Assembly: GCF_002113885.1 (NCBI RefSeq) | Contig: NW_018479984.1 | Span: 138,388 to 202,387 of the forward strand | Source: Mizuhopecten yessoensis | Lineage: Eukaryota | Reading direction: 5' to 3' | Length of the DNA: 64,000 bases | Part shown: piece by piece, positions 51,263 through 64,000 of the stretch | Layout: each line of letters begins with the position of its first letter | Numbering within the stretch: position 1 is the stretch's first letter | Notes under the pieces: generated by a model | The model's input: the letters and a program-made list of their open reading frames with translations, nothing else | Databases searched by the model: none | Told to the model about the DNA's origin: nothing | Position numbers and translations under genes: made by a program

Positions 51263-54200
51263 GACTAATAATAGACACTAAACACATAAATGCATACGTA
51301 GGTGCAATAGACGTTAGCATCTTTCATTAAAACATAAATACCTGATTATCTAAATAGGTAAATATGAAATGATAGTGAGGGAGAAAGACAAGATGATTTA
51401 ATGTGTAAATAACTGATGCAATACGATTATTCAGTTAATAAATTAATAAATAATATTGATGGAAGTTGCCAAAATAAAATAAATGATGGATAGGTTAAAA
51501 ATGCAAATTAAAAGACGAAGGGAAAATACAAATGTTTATTGAACAAACAAACGCAGAGTTAATCAATATTAGTTTCAGTAAATTGTTTTACTCAGTTATC
51601 AAACGATAATTATTAAATTAAGCAAATGATGAATTAAAGGATGGTAGCATAATACAGCGGATGGAAAGGATAATGGATGATCAATGAATACACAAATAAT
51701 TCATTGCTAATTTAATCAAACTATAATTAATCAGTTATGCAATCGATAAATTAAAAAGGTAAATGGATGATAAATTCAAAGACAAAGGACGGAAGAAGGG
51801 ATAACGAATAGATCAATCAACTAATGAACACATAGACTGGATACCCGAGCTGTGGGCGTAAGTAGGAATAGGTGGTAATACCACTACAGCTGTATCATAC
51901 GAAGTATTAAGGGAAGCAACATATCAGGTCGCGGACGTTATGTTTGTCAAGTCAACAATGGCTTCCCAAACACATTCTCTCCATAAATTTCTGTCGTCTG
52001 GTACTCCGAGGTGTATCTGCACACGCAGTTCATCACACAACAAAAGCCAGAAAACACACGTAAACTCCATGTACTACACTGATCTACTCGCCATTTCAAA
52101 TTTATGTCTCGGTCATCCAGTCGTTTGAAACGAACTATGTGTTCGCCATTGTACATCAATGGCTTCTAGACTAGAGCAGACGACCGCCAACTTGATGGCG
52201 ATATAGAATGTTTTCTGGCGAATATCGTTGTATGTCAACATAACTGCTAGTTTTGCATGTGAGTGTTTGAAATGTATCAATACTCGCTGTAGTCAGGAAA
52301 AAAATATGGAATCGGTAATTGATTTTGAACCCCAGTATTTAAATGACAGACAAAATGAGAAGGACTTATTTTACTGTCCCTGTAATCAGGCTATATAACA
52401 TCATGGTCTTTGATAGATGAAATTGTGTTTTATTTGAAGATTATCAATTAAAAATGTATTTGTACCAAATATTATAAAATCCAGCAGAAGTATCACCCAG
52501 TGTATTGGAAGTCGGGAATGTTAAGTCCTTTATTTTATACTATACTATACGTTACTAAGATCCCCTTCACTTACTATAAAAATCAGTCTTATGGAAGAAC
52601 ATGCTCTATTTGATGTATCGAAATACATATGAACACTTGCCATGGCATTTATGTTAAGCATTGACCGATCGTTATGCCTATCCATGGCTTTTCCACTACC
52701 TCATAGCAGGGGTGCGAGGCTCTTAGGCTGACAAAGCTATCACAACAAGCCTGATACAGATGACTTGCTTTATTACCTTATAAAAGGTATGTTGAAATAA
52801 TTGGCGGCTACATCAAAGCTAGGCCGTGCCCCGCCGATAGCCCAGGTGTCTTCCGTCACCACAAGACACGCACTGCCTGTAGTAGTAACCTTCACTTCGA
52901 TACCGTGATGAAAACGATCCGGTATTGTTTCTGGCACTTCCGCGAACGTATTTACTTCCGGCGAAACGCACATGTTTACTTCCGGTATTTTTATTCAAGA
53001 AAAACAATTGTAAACAACTCTCCAATGAACTTACACGATACGCTAGCTTTCCACTATCTTCCAACTTAAAATGTTTATTAAAACGGTACGACCGAAATTT
53101 TTTGAGTAAGATCAATTACATATAATTTAGTATTCAAATTAGGTATTATTGTCGGTGAATATAAAACAATTACTAAAGCATGCAACTGTTTTGGCGAGAA
53201 GCTGATGAAACTGTCCGTCGAGCCCTGGGATATGACAAGACCTGATTACGGGTCGGTAAATCACTGTAACATCCTGATTTAAGATCTGTACTACCTGTAA
53301 TTTTTTCCTACAGATAACATCTCCTAGAGTAAAATGGGTGAGACGGGCCGCATCACACGGTCATTTCTGTCCTTACCTTATGGCGCTTTGATATGCCGAT
53401 AGGGTTACTTTGATGAAATTAATTGTATTTATGTCGTAAAACTATTCCAATGTAACGTAAATTCACATCAATGAATTTTAGAAATGTGTCTTGATATGAT
53501 CCCTTACATGAAATAAAAGACGTAAGTCATTCGAGGTTTAAAGGAATTTAACAAACTGTGAAATGCTAACAACCAGGTAAGGTTGCGGTTTCGTATGGTC
53601 ATATACTTTAAACGAGGCCCCCTATTCCTACCATTAAAACCCCAATACCATAATCAACCTGTTCCCTTTGCTTCAGTGCCTGACGACTAAGCCAGGTGGA
53701 AGATTTCTGAACACCAAAAAGTCTGGCAAATTACAGAGTCGGATATCTGACAGTATGTGACACTAGTGCGCAGACGACAGGGAAGCGTAAACATGGCGGC
53801 GTTGATGAGATTATGGAACCCGAACGACGAATACACTTCATCTTTGATCTCTTTGTTATATAATATAGACATGTTTCATTCACAAAACACACACGTTTGT
53901 GCTAGTATGAATATAGAGTAAAACCGCCTGAGGTCTGATGGTGAAGTTTAAAACCGCCCGGGCACTTGTGAGAACCCAGATGGTAAGTATTGAAGAGGTT
54001 TGATACGACACGCCCACAGGCATGGCGTATGGATTGATATCCAAGATAACTTTCTCAATCACTTCTAGAATTAGCAATTTGGAGAACAGGCACGTTCGAA
54101 TTTCTACACATAATCTCAAAATAAATATCTAATTATGAAATAAAATTCCACGGACCAGCTCCCCTGTCGTAGACAACGATACGCACGCCCGAAGTATTAC

Positions 54201-57200
54201 AGCTGATTAATGTCTTATTATGCAACTTGGTTTCAAACTATGCGACATCACAATGACATTTCAAAAGGGAAGAAGGTTACCTGTATTATGAATTATGTGA
54301 TAAGCATGCTTAAAGAAAAAACACAAAAATGAGCACAATTTCTGCATTGTCACTACCATAAAGACCCGAGACTTTGGATAAAATTGATTACGGAAGTTTT
54401 TTCCTTCTATTTCACAGAATGGACGTGAAACCGATAATCCTAGTTGTAAGCCGAATTCATTTCTATACTGCGTTGTAGTCACCCTGTAATCAATGCGATT
54501 TATAGAATATGTGTACACAATCCGAATGCACTTTGTAAGTGTGGAACATTTCAACACGTATACGTCCCCTGAATGTCCTCTGTGGCGCTGACGGTGTGCC
54601 ATCGTAACCCTTCCTTAGTCGCTTACATGAGAATTGCATTAGCGGAGGGATCTACCCGGCCGATCGATAACACAGCGGTTTATCGATCACACCCTATAAT
54701 CTACCCGTGAGGTACAACCTCAGACCCCGCTGTCACCCCCCAGTCGGGGCTGGGATAGACCCTTAATCACTTAAAGGTTCGAACATGTACATTGTTCAGT
54801 TTTCGGGGGACGAAAACATTCTCAAAATATAATGACAGGGGCTATCAAACGGATTTGAATTATTGGTGATTCAAGCGTATTCACTCAATAAAATGACGCG
54901 TGGATTGCTCTGCAACATAAGTGTGACAAATTGTAAATACAAATCTTGAATCGTGATATGCTAATAGAAGAATTTATGGTAGACTAAATCATACTCTTCC
55001 ACTTAAAAAGACCAGAATTCCCCACACAAGTGCCAAGTAGTGTACTTTGTCCAATATAATATTTCATAGTGAAGACTTCTCCTGAGAGAATCCTCTACAA
55101 TACAGACGTCTGTGACAGGCGAAGTAAATTGTTTAGCCCTTCTGTTCAGACAATTGTCTTGTTTGCCGTTCAATTGGCTGACAATCGGCGTAAACACGTT
55201 ATTGAAAGCGGTTTTAATATGGCAGACGAATTGCGATCTGTTGCACAGAACATTGATCTCTTCTAGCAAGGTCCAAGTATATGGCAAATTGGCCTAAAGC
55301 TTGAGTGATGTATTAACTGAACATGCAAGGAACTACACGTGCTAGCTCTATAAAGATGCGATTGCATACATCTTAAAAGACACGTGCAGCGGCTGCTCCG
55401 TCTTGTATGTAAACATGCGATCACCGTTGTGATACCGCTGGTGGAGATTAAATGCAGTGAAAAGTTGAAAAAGTACAGGCACGTACATTAAAGTATTGTG
55501 ACGTCACGACATGAAAGACCACGAGAAATCGACAAGAAATTTAACAAGCCTCGTAAAATATGTGATAGTGTTAGACCGCCCGCTCAAAGAGTAAATTTCA
55601 GTTGAAGACAAAGTGGGCTAACAGGGTATCTGTGAAAACGACGGACATGCGTTGGCAAGATGTTGAGACATCCTCACAGCAGCACGTGCTTTGCGTGTCC
55701 GCCCGACTTTATGTAACCATGTATCATGATTTCTTTATTGATTCGATTTAAGAAATGATTTTTTTTTTTGATTTGTCGATACAGTGTCGTATCAAAATGT
55801 TCCGAATTTGAGTTTGTTATAGAAGGCCTCACCAAGACCTGTAGGGGTAGGACGTCATAAAAATCTTCCCATAGCCACTTGACGTCACCGATACCTGTGC
55901 AAAGTTGAATCCTGGTGCAGTACATATATCTATTAAAAGATATTTTAATTCTGTGATCATTCTTTATCATTCCGCCTTGTCATGTTGACGTTTAAGAAAT
56001 CTGCAATTGTTTTTCCTTGTCTTGAATGAAAGAAATGCAGTGACATTTCATCAATAATTAATTTCATTTCATTCCATACTGAAGTTTTCATTAGAAAACC
56101 TCTACGAGTAGAAATATGAACGAACCGCAGTTGAAAAGGGTAAGGTTTTTTCATCTGTTTTGGTGAAATTGAAAGGAATGATGTACCAGTAAGTAAGTTA
56201 CCAGATCTGCTCTATATGAAGGTAATGTCAGAAAGTTTAATTATTACCCTCCTTGAGGTGGCCAAAATGGCTGTTGCTGTCATTTAACTAGCTGAAGCTG
56301 CAGATATCACTTGAAGTTATCTCCTCCAAGATCAGAATTCGGGAAGCTGCAATTTTATTGGTTTTGAGAAAATTTATTCGTTCATGACCTTCTATCAGCC
56401 GTTGTCAGACGTAAATAAAATAATAAAATTTAGATCTGTATTTAAATCAGATTGAATAACCTCAGATGCGTCTTGGTTATAGCGGAAACAGTGGGATATC
56501 TCCACAAGCAATGCGTAAGTGAACGCCTGTGCTCCGACATAAGGGAATGCGTTTTAGCTTAATTGGTTAGCATTATCCTGCTGCATGTGTTTCTGATGCA
56601 TCAAAAGTCGCACTTTCTGATTGACGACCAGAGTAAAACCATATAAGCGAATAAACGAAGTCAGGTTGACGAATTGAAAATAAAGATTTTATAAATACTG
56701 AACTGTTATCGTACCGCTCGGACCTGGATGGTTCAAGTATTGAAATGGTTTTAGTTGACGTTCGTATGCGAGATGAATGAAATTTGGATGTCACCAGGAT
56801 GCCGTGAAAAACCCGTTATTTCTGCAACCCCAATGCCATTCATTATTATATAAGAAAGCCAACAGAAACAGTTCAACATTATGCGCATTGTGTAGATAAT
56901 GACATTAACATTAGAAAGTGAGCCTCCGTTCCGAAAATTCTTTACCAGAATCCAAGGAGTAGCTAGTAAGAGGACTTGCTAGTCCTGTAGTGACAGTCCA
57001 TTTTGGGGTCAGTACATCTATAATTAGCCATACACACAAATAGAGATATAAAAACAGTTAAAGGGCCATCCCTGCTCCAGAAAATCTGTACGAAATCACA
57101 ATAGGAGGGACTACACAAGTTGTTTATCGGGGTATCTGGTCGTAAAGTAAAGATATGTGATAGTTTAAGTAGAAGCTTGATAGAGGTCATGTCAGTGTCA

Positions 57201-60200
57201 CATGGTTCAAAATTGTAATGTTTAGTTGGAAATTACCGGTGTCGTGACAAAGAGTTTGAAACAAAATATAAACCATATAAAAGATTACAACTATCGCTTG
57301 ATGTATCTATCATCGACTTCCGGTTACACTGTACGTCAGAGCTTTGCCCTTTTTATGTCCTACCTTCATTATAGCCATCATTACACGAGAGAGGTGAATT
57401 GAAACTACGCATACAGAAAGACGAGTAAACACTTCAAATAGGGCAGTGATGGCTTCTCTTTTTGTTAGAAAAAAGAATCGATCCTTTTTTTATCGAATAT
57501 TTTATTCAAAGTGTTCAGGAAAAAGGAAGGTCAATCTCTATCTCACAGGTCATGAGTACTTTCTCATCAACTGTAAAATACATTTTCATGCAAAACGTAA
57601 AATAATTGAATAAATGTCACTTTAAAATAGAAATTAATGAAATATGATATACGCTTTCGTCTCTTAATGGTAAAGACTAAGTATGTTACACGTTAAACAT
57701 AGCGGTGCTGCAAAAACGAGTATTGAGCATCACAAATGTTAAATAAACTGGTAGTGATATTATATTGTCACGAGTATTTGTAAAAGTTGCTGCAATGCAA
57801 TGAAACTATGTACTTTTGGAACCTGAAGCCTGTCATGCTTTTCATAAGCGTTTTCTTCAATTATTATTTATCATTATTGTCAACCAAACAAGCGACTGAG
57901 CATTCATAAAACATTAGTTATGACTATCTCCATCATTACTGGGGAGTGGCAAGGCTCGACAACCATTTACATTTCTTTGTGTCCGTTATCTGGAGGGCGA
58001 TCTTTGAGAGGCGGTTTGTCCACATCTAACATACAATACCAACCCGAATCCTGTTACATGTTAGATATCTATAAACTTGTTCTTTACCATTGGTAGCCAG
58101 GTGTCTGTTTACTCAACGTGAAAGGCCGATACGGTCATTCAACCCTGGAGGGGCGTCTTGTCGGCATTATCATGGACTGCAGTCACCATGATTTATCTAT
58201 ATTGGTATTGATAGAAATATTTATGAGGAATATCAAACTTTTTCATCTACATTTGTATTAATAGGAAATTTATGAGAAGTATCAAAACTTTCCATTAAAT
58301 CTTTTCTGAACATGTACGTGCATAATTATGCTCTAATCTAGATGGCCTCGGTTTATACGTGGGGTCATTTGAAGATAATCGACAGTCAACTGGGAAACAC
58401 GTCACGTATTTGTTCACACGTGGAAGGGGGACTTGGACCTCGAGTATCGCCTGTATGGTGTTATGTGGTACTGGAAGTGCGTGTCTTTATTTCACCGGAA
58501 GCTCCCTTTTTTCCCATTGATTGGAACTGTTTAAGCTGATCGATTTAGTACATACAAGACAATAAATGTTTGCAAAAAGCTCATACAATAGTTTCATATA
58601 GAAAAAATATTTTCAAAAGTAAAAGGGTCCGATTCCGGAAACATAGATCCAGAGTTTTCCCGTATGTTACACACTACCTTATATCTCCGGTATACTAAAT
58701 CACCACCACCAGCACCCCATGCATGTACCTTCTCAAGCACTTCACCAACTACGAAACTGTACCGCCTAGCGCTAAAGCACATTTTGGAATTCTCTTTGGG
58801 TCCTCACAATCGTTTTATTTCTTTTATGCCCCGAAACGCATAAATTCAACATCCCATCTGTGAGACGTACTTATGCACCAGTCACAACATTGATGCCATA
58901 TGCAAGGTGGAAAAGTACGGCAAATTACAGAAAAGCCTCGGCAGAGCTTTTCAACGCTTGATAACACTTCAAATGTATAGACAATCGCAGTGTGAGTTAG
59001 TGGAAACCCTACGTACAACATTTTTGTATTTCCGATCCAGACCGATGAGGTTTTGTATGCTAGCTTTATCACATTTTAACATTTGGCCTTGAATATTCTA
59101 TTTGAGACCTTCACATATATTTTTGACTTCAAAACGGTGAAGTTTTTTTAACCTTACTTTATCACATTTTGACATTCGAGCTGCTTGAATACTTGAATGA
59201 AGAGGTCCATATATTTTTTTAAGTTTAAAACGATGAGGTTAAGCACGCTACTTTTATCATATTTTGCCATATGACATTGACTATATGACATTAGGATACA
59301 TATATTTGACCTAGAGATGTAAGATATCGTTTTTACATACTTGAACAGGAATATTATTTCATACAATATGTTTGATATAGTATGAGGAAAACACCAAAAA
59401 TATCTCATGCATAACATGTTGTTGTTTCGTGTCTACAATTATCATCTTAATGATACATTTTCATTTTATATGAGTCCTATTTTTCGTTTTAACAATAGCA
59501 AAAAAAAATAAAAAATTCAGACATTATAAATTAAATCTTCCCCGATATTATCTAGGAACACTTAAAAAACATCCATCTTGTCATACAAACATGTCATATC
59601 AATTCACATTAAAATCTTCTGCTTTATGGCGTAAATCCCCGTCCTTAACCTCCGTAGCTCGTCATTGCCATTGTCAATAATATTATACACTACAAGGAAT
59701 AACTTTTTGTTTTTTACTTGTTATTCAATCATCGTTAACTTATTTTGGAACGAATCTTTAATATGAATTCAGGAAATATATTTTGTAGAATGTTTTAGAG
59801 GTATTGTTCCTTTTGTGGTCAACCCTATAATGGTTTTATACAGTTGTCTGTTAAACCATAACAGTCCGGCTGTGAGTGAGAACATTAAGTGAAATCCTAC
59901 AAACATACCAGAAACAAGCACTTAGCTTACTGAAAGTCTTGCCAATTGACATGATTCACTCAAAAACGTAACGAAGAGGAAGTGATTTGAACTTTTACCG
60001 TTACGTTACAGCACGGACTCATGATACAACACGAAATCAATGAACTGTATTACAAACTGAAAAGGACATGGTGTAGACGAAATGTATTCATCATTGACGG
60101 AAATGCATCTCTGTCTACTTAGAACGGTGTTCTATGTGATTGGTTGTAACCGATCAATTCGTCTTCTCTGTGCCGATAGGCCAGGCGGCTGATGTACCGA

Positions 60201-63200
60201 CTTCGTTTTATACAGAATTCCTACATTAATTCTCACATCTTCAATAAACATGTCAGACAATATCGGTAAAATCATGTTCTATTTCAATACACACTCGATG
60301 TTTTGAGTTCACGAATCTCCTTCTCGAACTACAGGACGAACATTACTGGCAAGCATCCATTACACTAAGCAGAGAGTTACGTCCATTGTAGTGTTTATAG
60401 CGAGCATTGTAAAGTAGTGTTTATAGCGAGTAAGCGGTTTAACGAAAGAGTCCTTGGAGGGACGTGATGAGATTTGAGCTGATTACAGCGGATCGGTGAG
60501 TGTAAAATTTGTGACGCCGGCAAGTCCGACTCAAGTACCCTTAATTATCTCATTTTACACTCTCTATGTTAAGGATTTACGGTTTTAGGATCAAACGTGT
60601 TAGTATAACACGTTTATCCTTCAGTGTTGGGGCTCTAAGCCTACTGTAGAGGTCTTACTGTTTAAATTGGATAAATAAATGAGTACTATTATACAGGTAC
60701 ATGTACAAGTGTATTTATTTTGACATCAAGAGGAAAGGAGTTTTAAAAAACCCAGCAGAGAAAAAAACTGAAAGGCCAATATTACCTATGCCAATATCTT
60801 CTGCTTCAGAACTCATCAAATATGACGTAGGAAGAAACGATAAACAAAGAATATTCTATATCAGGTAAACGGTAGTAATTGTCGATTTATATAAAAAAAA
60901 AATATATATATACACTTTCTTTACACAGACTATCCGTTATGTAAAGTGTCAGAACATGCAAAATAATAATAAGCTGTAAAATGATAACTTCATTAAAACA
61001 CGATCTAACCCATTAGTTATAACATGGTAAACTTCGTGACTTGTTAAGGATAACTAATTGGAAGTGTTCTTTCTAAGTAATATCCAAACACAACTCATAA
61101 TTATATGATCCTCGAAATGCAAAACCCCATGTAAAGAGATAAAGAATTAATGTAAAAATACATAACGTCACTATTTCATGCTATGGCATTTCGAAAGTAA
61201 AAAGGAAAATACAACTCGATGTCTATAAGCATGGACAAAGGACGAATTCAAAATCGATAGGGAAAAAACACTAGGAACTGCGCTGACAAGAAGCAAAACA
61301 AAAACACTAATAACAGCAACGATAAACCAGAGGCGGAAGCAATATGCTTTTGATGGAAAAGCGGTTCCTGCACCACCTACAGCATCCGTAACGATGGATC
61401 TGGCCAATCCAGCCTGATCTGTGACCGAACCTTTGATCATTGTAGATACGAACACAGTGGTAATCAGGTCATTATGACGACAAATTTCTTCAATATGGAT
61501 CGAAGAGTCACCTATTGAAACCCTCACTTAGCAGCTACACTGGCCAACATAACGTATTTATTCTGAAATTCCCAACAACACAGTTCTGTAGTAGCGAATC
61601 AACTGTGAAGTGGACAACATCAGTAGTGTAGGCCAGTGTGTGGCTGCTGAGAAAAATAAAGTTTAAACCATATTGAACAAAGCAGACATGTTTACCATAT
61701 AGTTTAATAGTGAATAGGTTCATTTGGTCCTTGTTAAGCATTGTTAGAATAGCAAGCCACCTATTAAACTTGAAAATGGTTTTTTTCTTTAATAATCTTA
61801 AGTATGTGAGTTGTCTTTTAAACAAATGATAAAAAAAAAGTCCATTAGCTTGTTTTTTTAGCTATTGTTTTCGAAATATTTGGACGTTTATTAGACGCAA
61901 AAATGCGTGAACGTTCTGTCAAGCTAATCAGATTAAGTAGAATTGAACCTAGGCCAACGGTACACTACATCAGGTAGAGCTGACACTGGTCGGTAACGAC
62001 GAGCCTGTCTAGTCAAGCTAATGTGGAGAATGGAGAATTTACACAGATATAAGTCAACAAAACAGTCGTGGTACTTAAAGTAAAAACAGTTACGCTACAA
62101 ATTAACGTCACGATCAGGATATGAGAGAGAGTTCATTTTAAACCGTTAACTGAATAAATAACAACATTGCATGATTACATCCCGAAGCTAGGACGGATTT
62201 TCATGTTGTTTTTTTGTTTTTACCACAAATGTTTCTCTACCAATCTTCCCAATTGAAAATCGCGATAGCGAAAGTGCATGCAGTATACTCATGGTTTAGA
62301 AAGAAAATTGGCAAAGTTATTTACTACTGAGAAACTCATTGGCATATCTTTGATGGCATATTTCTGCCGTCCATATCTCATATTCGAACTAAGTGTCTGA
62401 AGTACCGATTGAGTTATCGTCTGCTATAACCCTCAACACAAAAAGTAACCCTCAACAAAATTATTCCCCTACAGGAAAATAAGGCCACATTCCTTAGTGC
62501 TAGTCAGCCATTGTGTCACTGAGAGGTTTCACGGCTAAATAGTGGCACGTATGGCATTCTTAGCGATACAAACAAGTGTCGAGGCCTGGAACACCTACAG
62601 TGAGATGAGCTACACGTAGGTGCCCAATCCACCGCAGAACAACTTATCGTAACGTACCAGATGCGTTCACCTATTACAGTGGACTTTTAGTGGACCGGAC
62701 TAAATCTTTCTTGGTGCAATCCGATAATCCGGATCTCAATTTATCAGCATTCGAATATTTGTATGCAAATATCGAGCAAGAGTACTAGAACCAATCTTTC
62801 TGTGCACTTTGTTTTGAAACAAAAGTGCCCGGGATCTTCAAGGTAATTCTAACAAAATATTGCAAATAAAATGGACGCACATTTTACTTGCATGCAAATT
62901 AAGATGTTGCATAGATATGCTCTTTTTTTAGAATTTTGTGCATATGATTTATATGCGGCGGATAATTCGAGTGTGTGAAAGTTTTTCCAATTTGTAGTTA
63001 TATATTTTGCATTCGTTTACGATCAATATAATTATTTCAAACATAACTGAAGATTTTTGGTAAGTCGGAACAATGATACATTATGCATCAATAGAAATGT
63101 TTCTTAAACTTCAGGACAAGAATCAAGAGATATGATTAACAGAGAGTGACAATATACTGAGTAAAACGATCAGGATAAAAGATAGCCAGCATCATCAACA

Positions 63201-63414
63201 CACGAAGATTAACTATTCCGACTCAGCGACAATACAAAAGGACATCAAAAGAAATGAGAAAACAACGAAACAAAAGGAAAACCACCTTGAATCCTCACAA
63301 CTAGTTCGTATATTGTACATAATGAAAGTACAGGTAAAGACAATGATTGTTCACGAGCTATTTATCACCGCGTTTAATTAAAGAACGTTTGGATTCATCT
63401 TTCAGTATGAGTTT

Positions 63415-63895
63415 TATGAAGTGTGAGTTTAACAAATCTTAGATAAAGTGAGTTTAACAAATGTAAGTTAAGTGTGAGTTAAACAAGTTTAAGGTTAAGT
63501 GTGAGTTAAACAAGTGTAAGATTAAGTGTGAGTTAAACAAGTGTAAGATTAAATGTGTGCTAAACAAGTGTAATATTAAGTGTGAGTTAAACAAGTGTAA
63601 GATTAAGTGTGAGTTAAACAAGTGTAAGATTAAGTGTGAGTAAGGGTAAGATTAAGTGTGTGTTAAACAAATGCAAGATTAAGTGTGAGTTTAACAAGTG
63701 TAAGATTAAGTGTGAGTTAAACAAGTGTAAGATTAAGTGTGAGTGAAACAAGTGTTAGATTAAGTGTGTTTTAAACAAGTGTAAGATTAAGTGTGAGTTT
63801 AACAAGTGTAATATAACGTGCGTGTTAAACATGTGTAAGATTAAGTGTGAGTTTAACAAGTTTAAGATTAAGTGTGAGTTTAACAAGTGTAAGAT
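63415..63895. repeat. 27-bp minisatellite (aagtgtgagttaaacaagtgtaagatt)
   Basis: Directly visible units, e.g. agatt at 63676 and 63703. Confidence 0.96.
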
Positions 63896-64000
63896 GATTA
63901 GGCTCTGGAGTAGTACGTCTTTTATATATTAATATACATAAAACAAATATCACCTTTCAATTATAATATTGAACAACACACATTTGTATAACCTTTCTGT

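Larger units (their letters stand above)
36691..64000 (-). other. Last intron of Wnt5 (at least 27.3 kb, continues beyond the window)
   Basis: The acceptor is at 36691-36692. I found no sequence encoding the preceding Wnt exon motifs (WxWGGC, NLHNNEAGR) upstream in the window. Confidence 0.7.

Noticed and set aside
58695-58722. WGAGGGD on the minus strand as the Wnt WxWGGC exon
   Set aside because: It lacks the Cys and all surrounding Wnt motifs.
36691-64000. Nested protein-coding gene within the Wnt5 intron
   Set aside because: No ORF longer than about 120 aa and no recognisable domain in this interval.

Overview
AT-rich, repeat-laden animal (eukaryotic) genomic DNA. The SINE and transposon repertoire suggests a bivalve mollusc, but that is inference. 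One gene piece is unambiguous: the last coding exon of a Wnt5 gene on the minus strand (36229-36690). It is preceded by an intron that runs at least 27 kb to the window end, with no upstream Wnt exon found. About 25 kb downstream on the same strand I found a signal-peptide-encoding first exon (10698-10828) that the ORF track misses. It ends in a perfect phase-2 GTAAGT donor and most plausibly starts a tandem Wnt7 gene, consistent with the ancient Wnt5-Wnt7 linkage. The rest is non-coding. It holds a 41-bp satellite with a 124-bp higher-order repeat, several minisatellites, decayed CR1-like LINE pieces, a decayed Crypton (DUF3504 tyrosine recombinase) split by a TSD-bounded SINE, and a long-TIR MITE. 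It also holds a possible Ulp1-type transposon relic and three copies of a SINE with an unusual pseudoknot-capable 5' leader ahead of its tRNA-like head. Nearly all other ORF-track entries are spurious. There is no CRISPR array, rRNA or intact tRNA.
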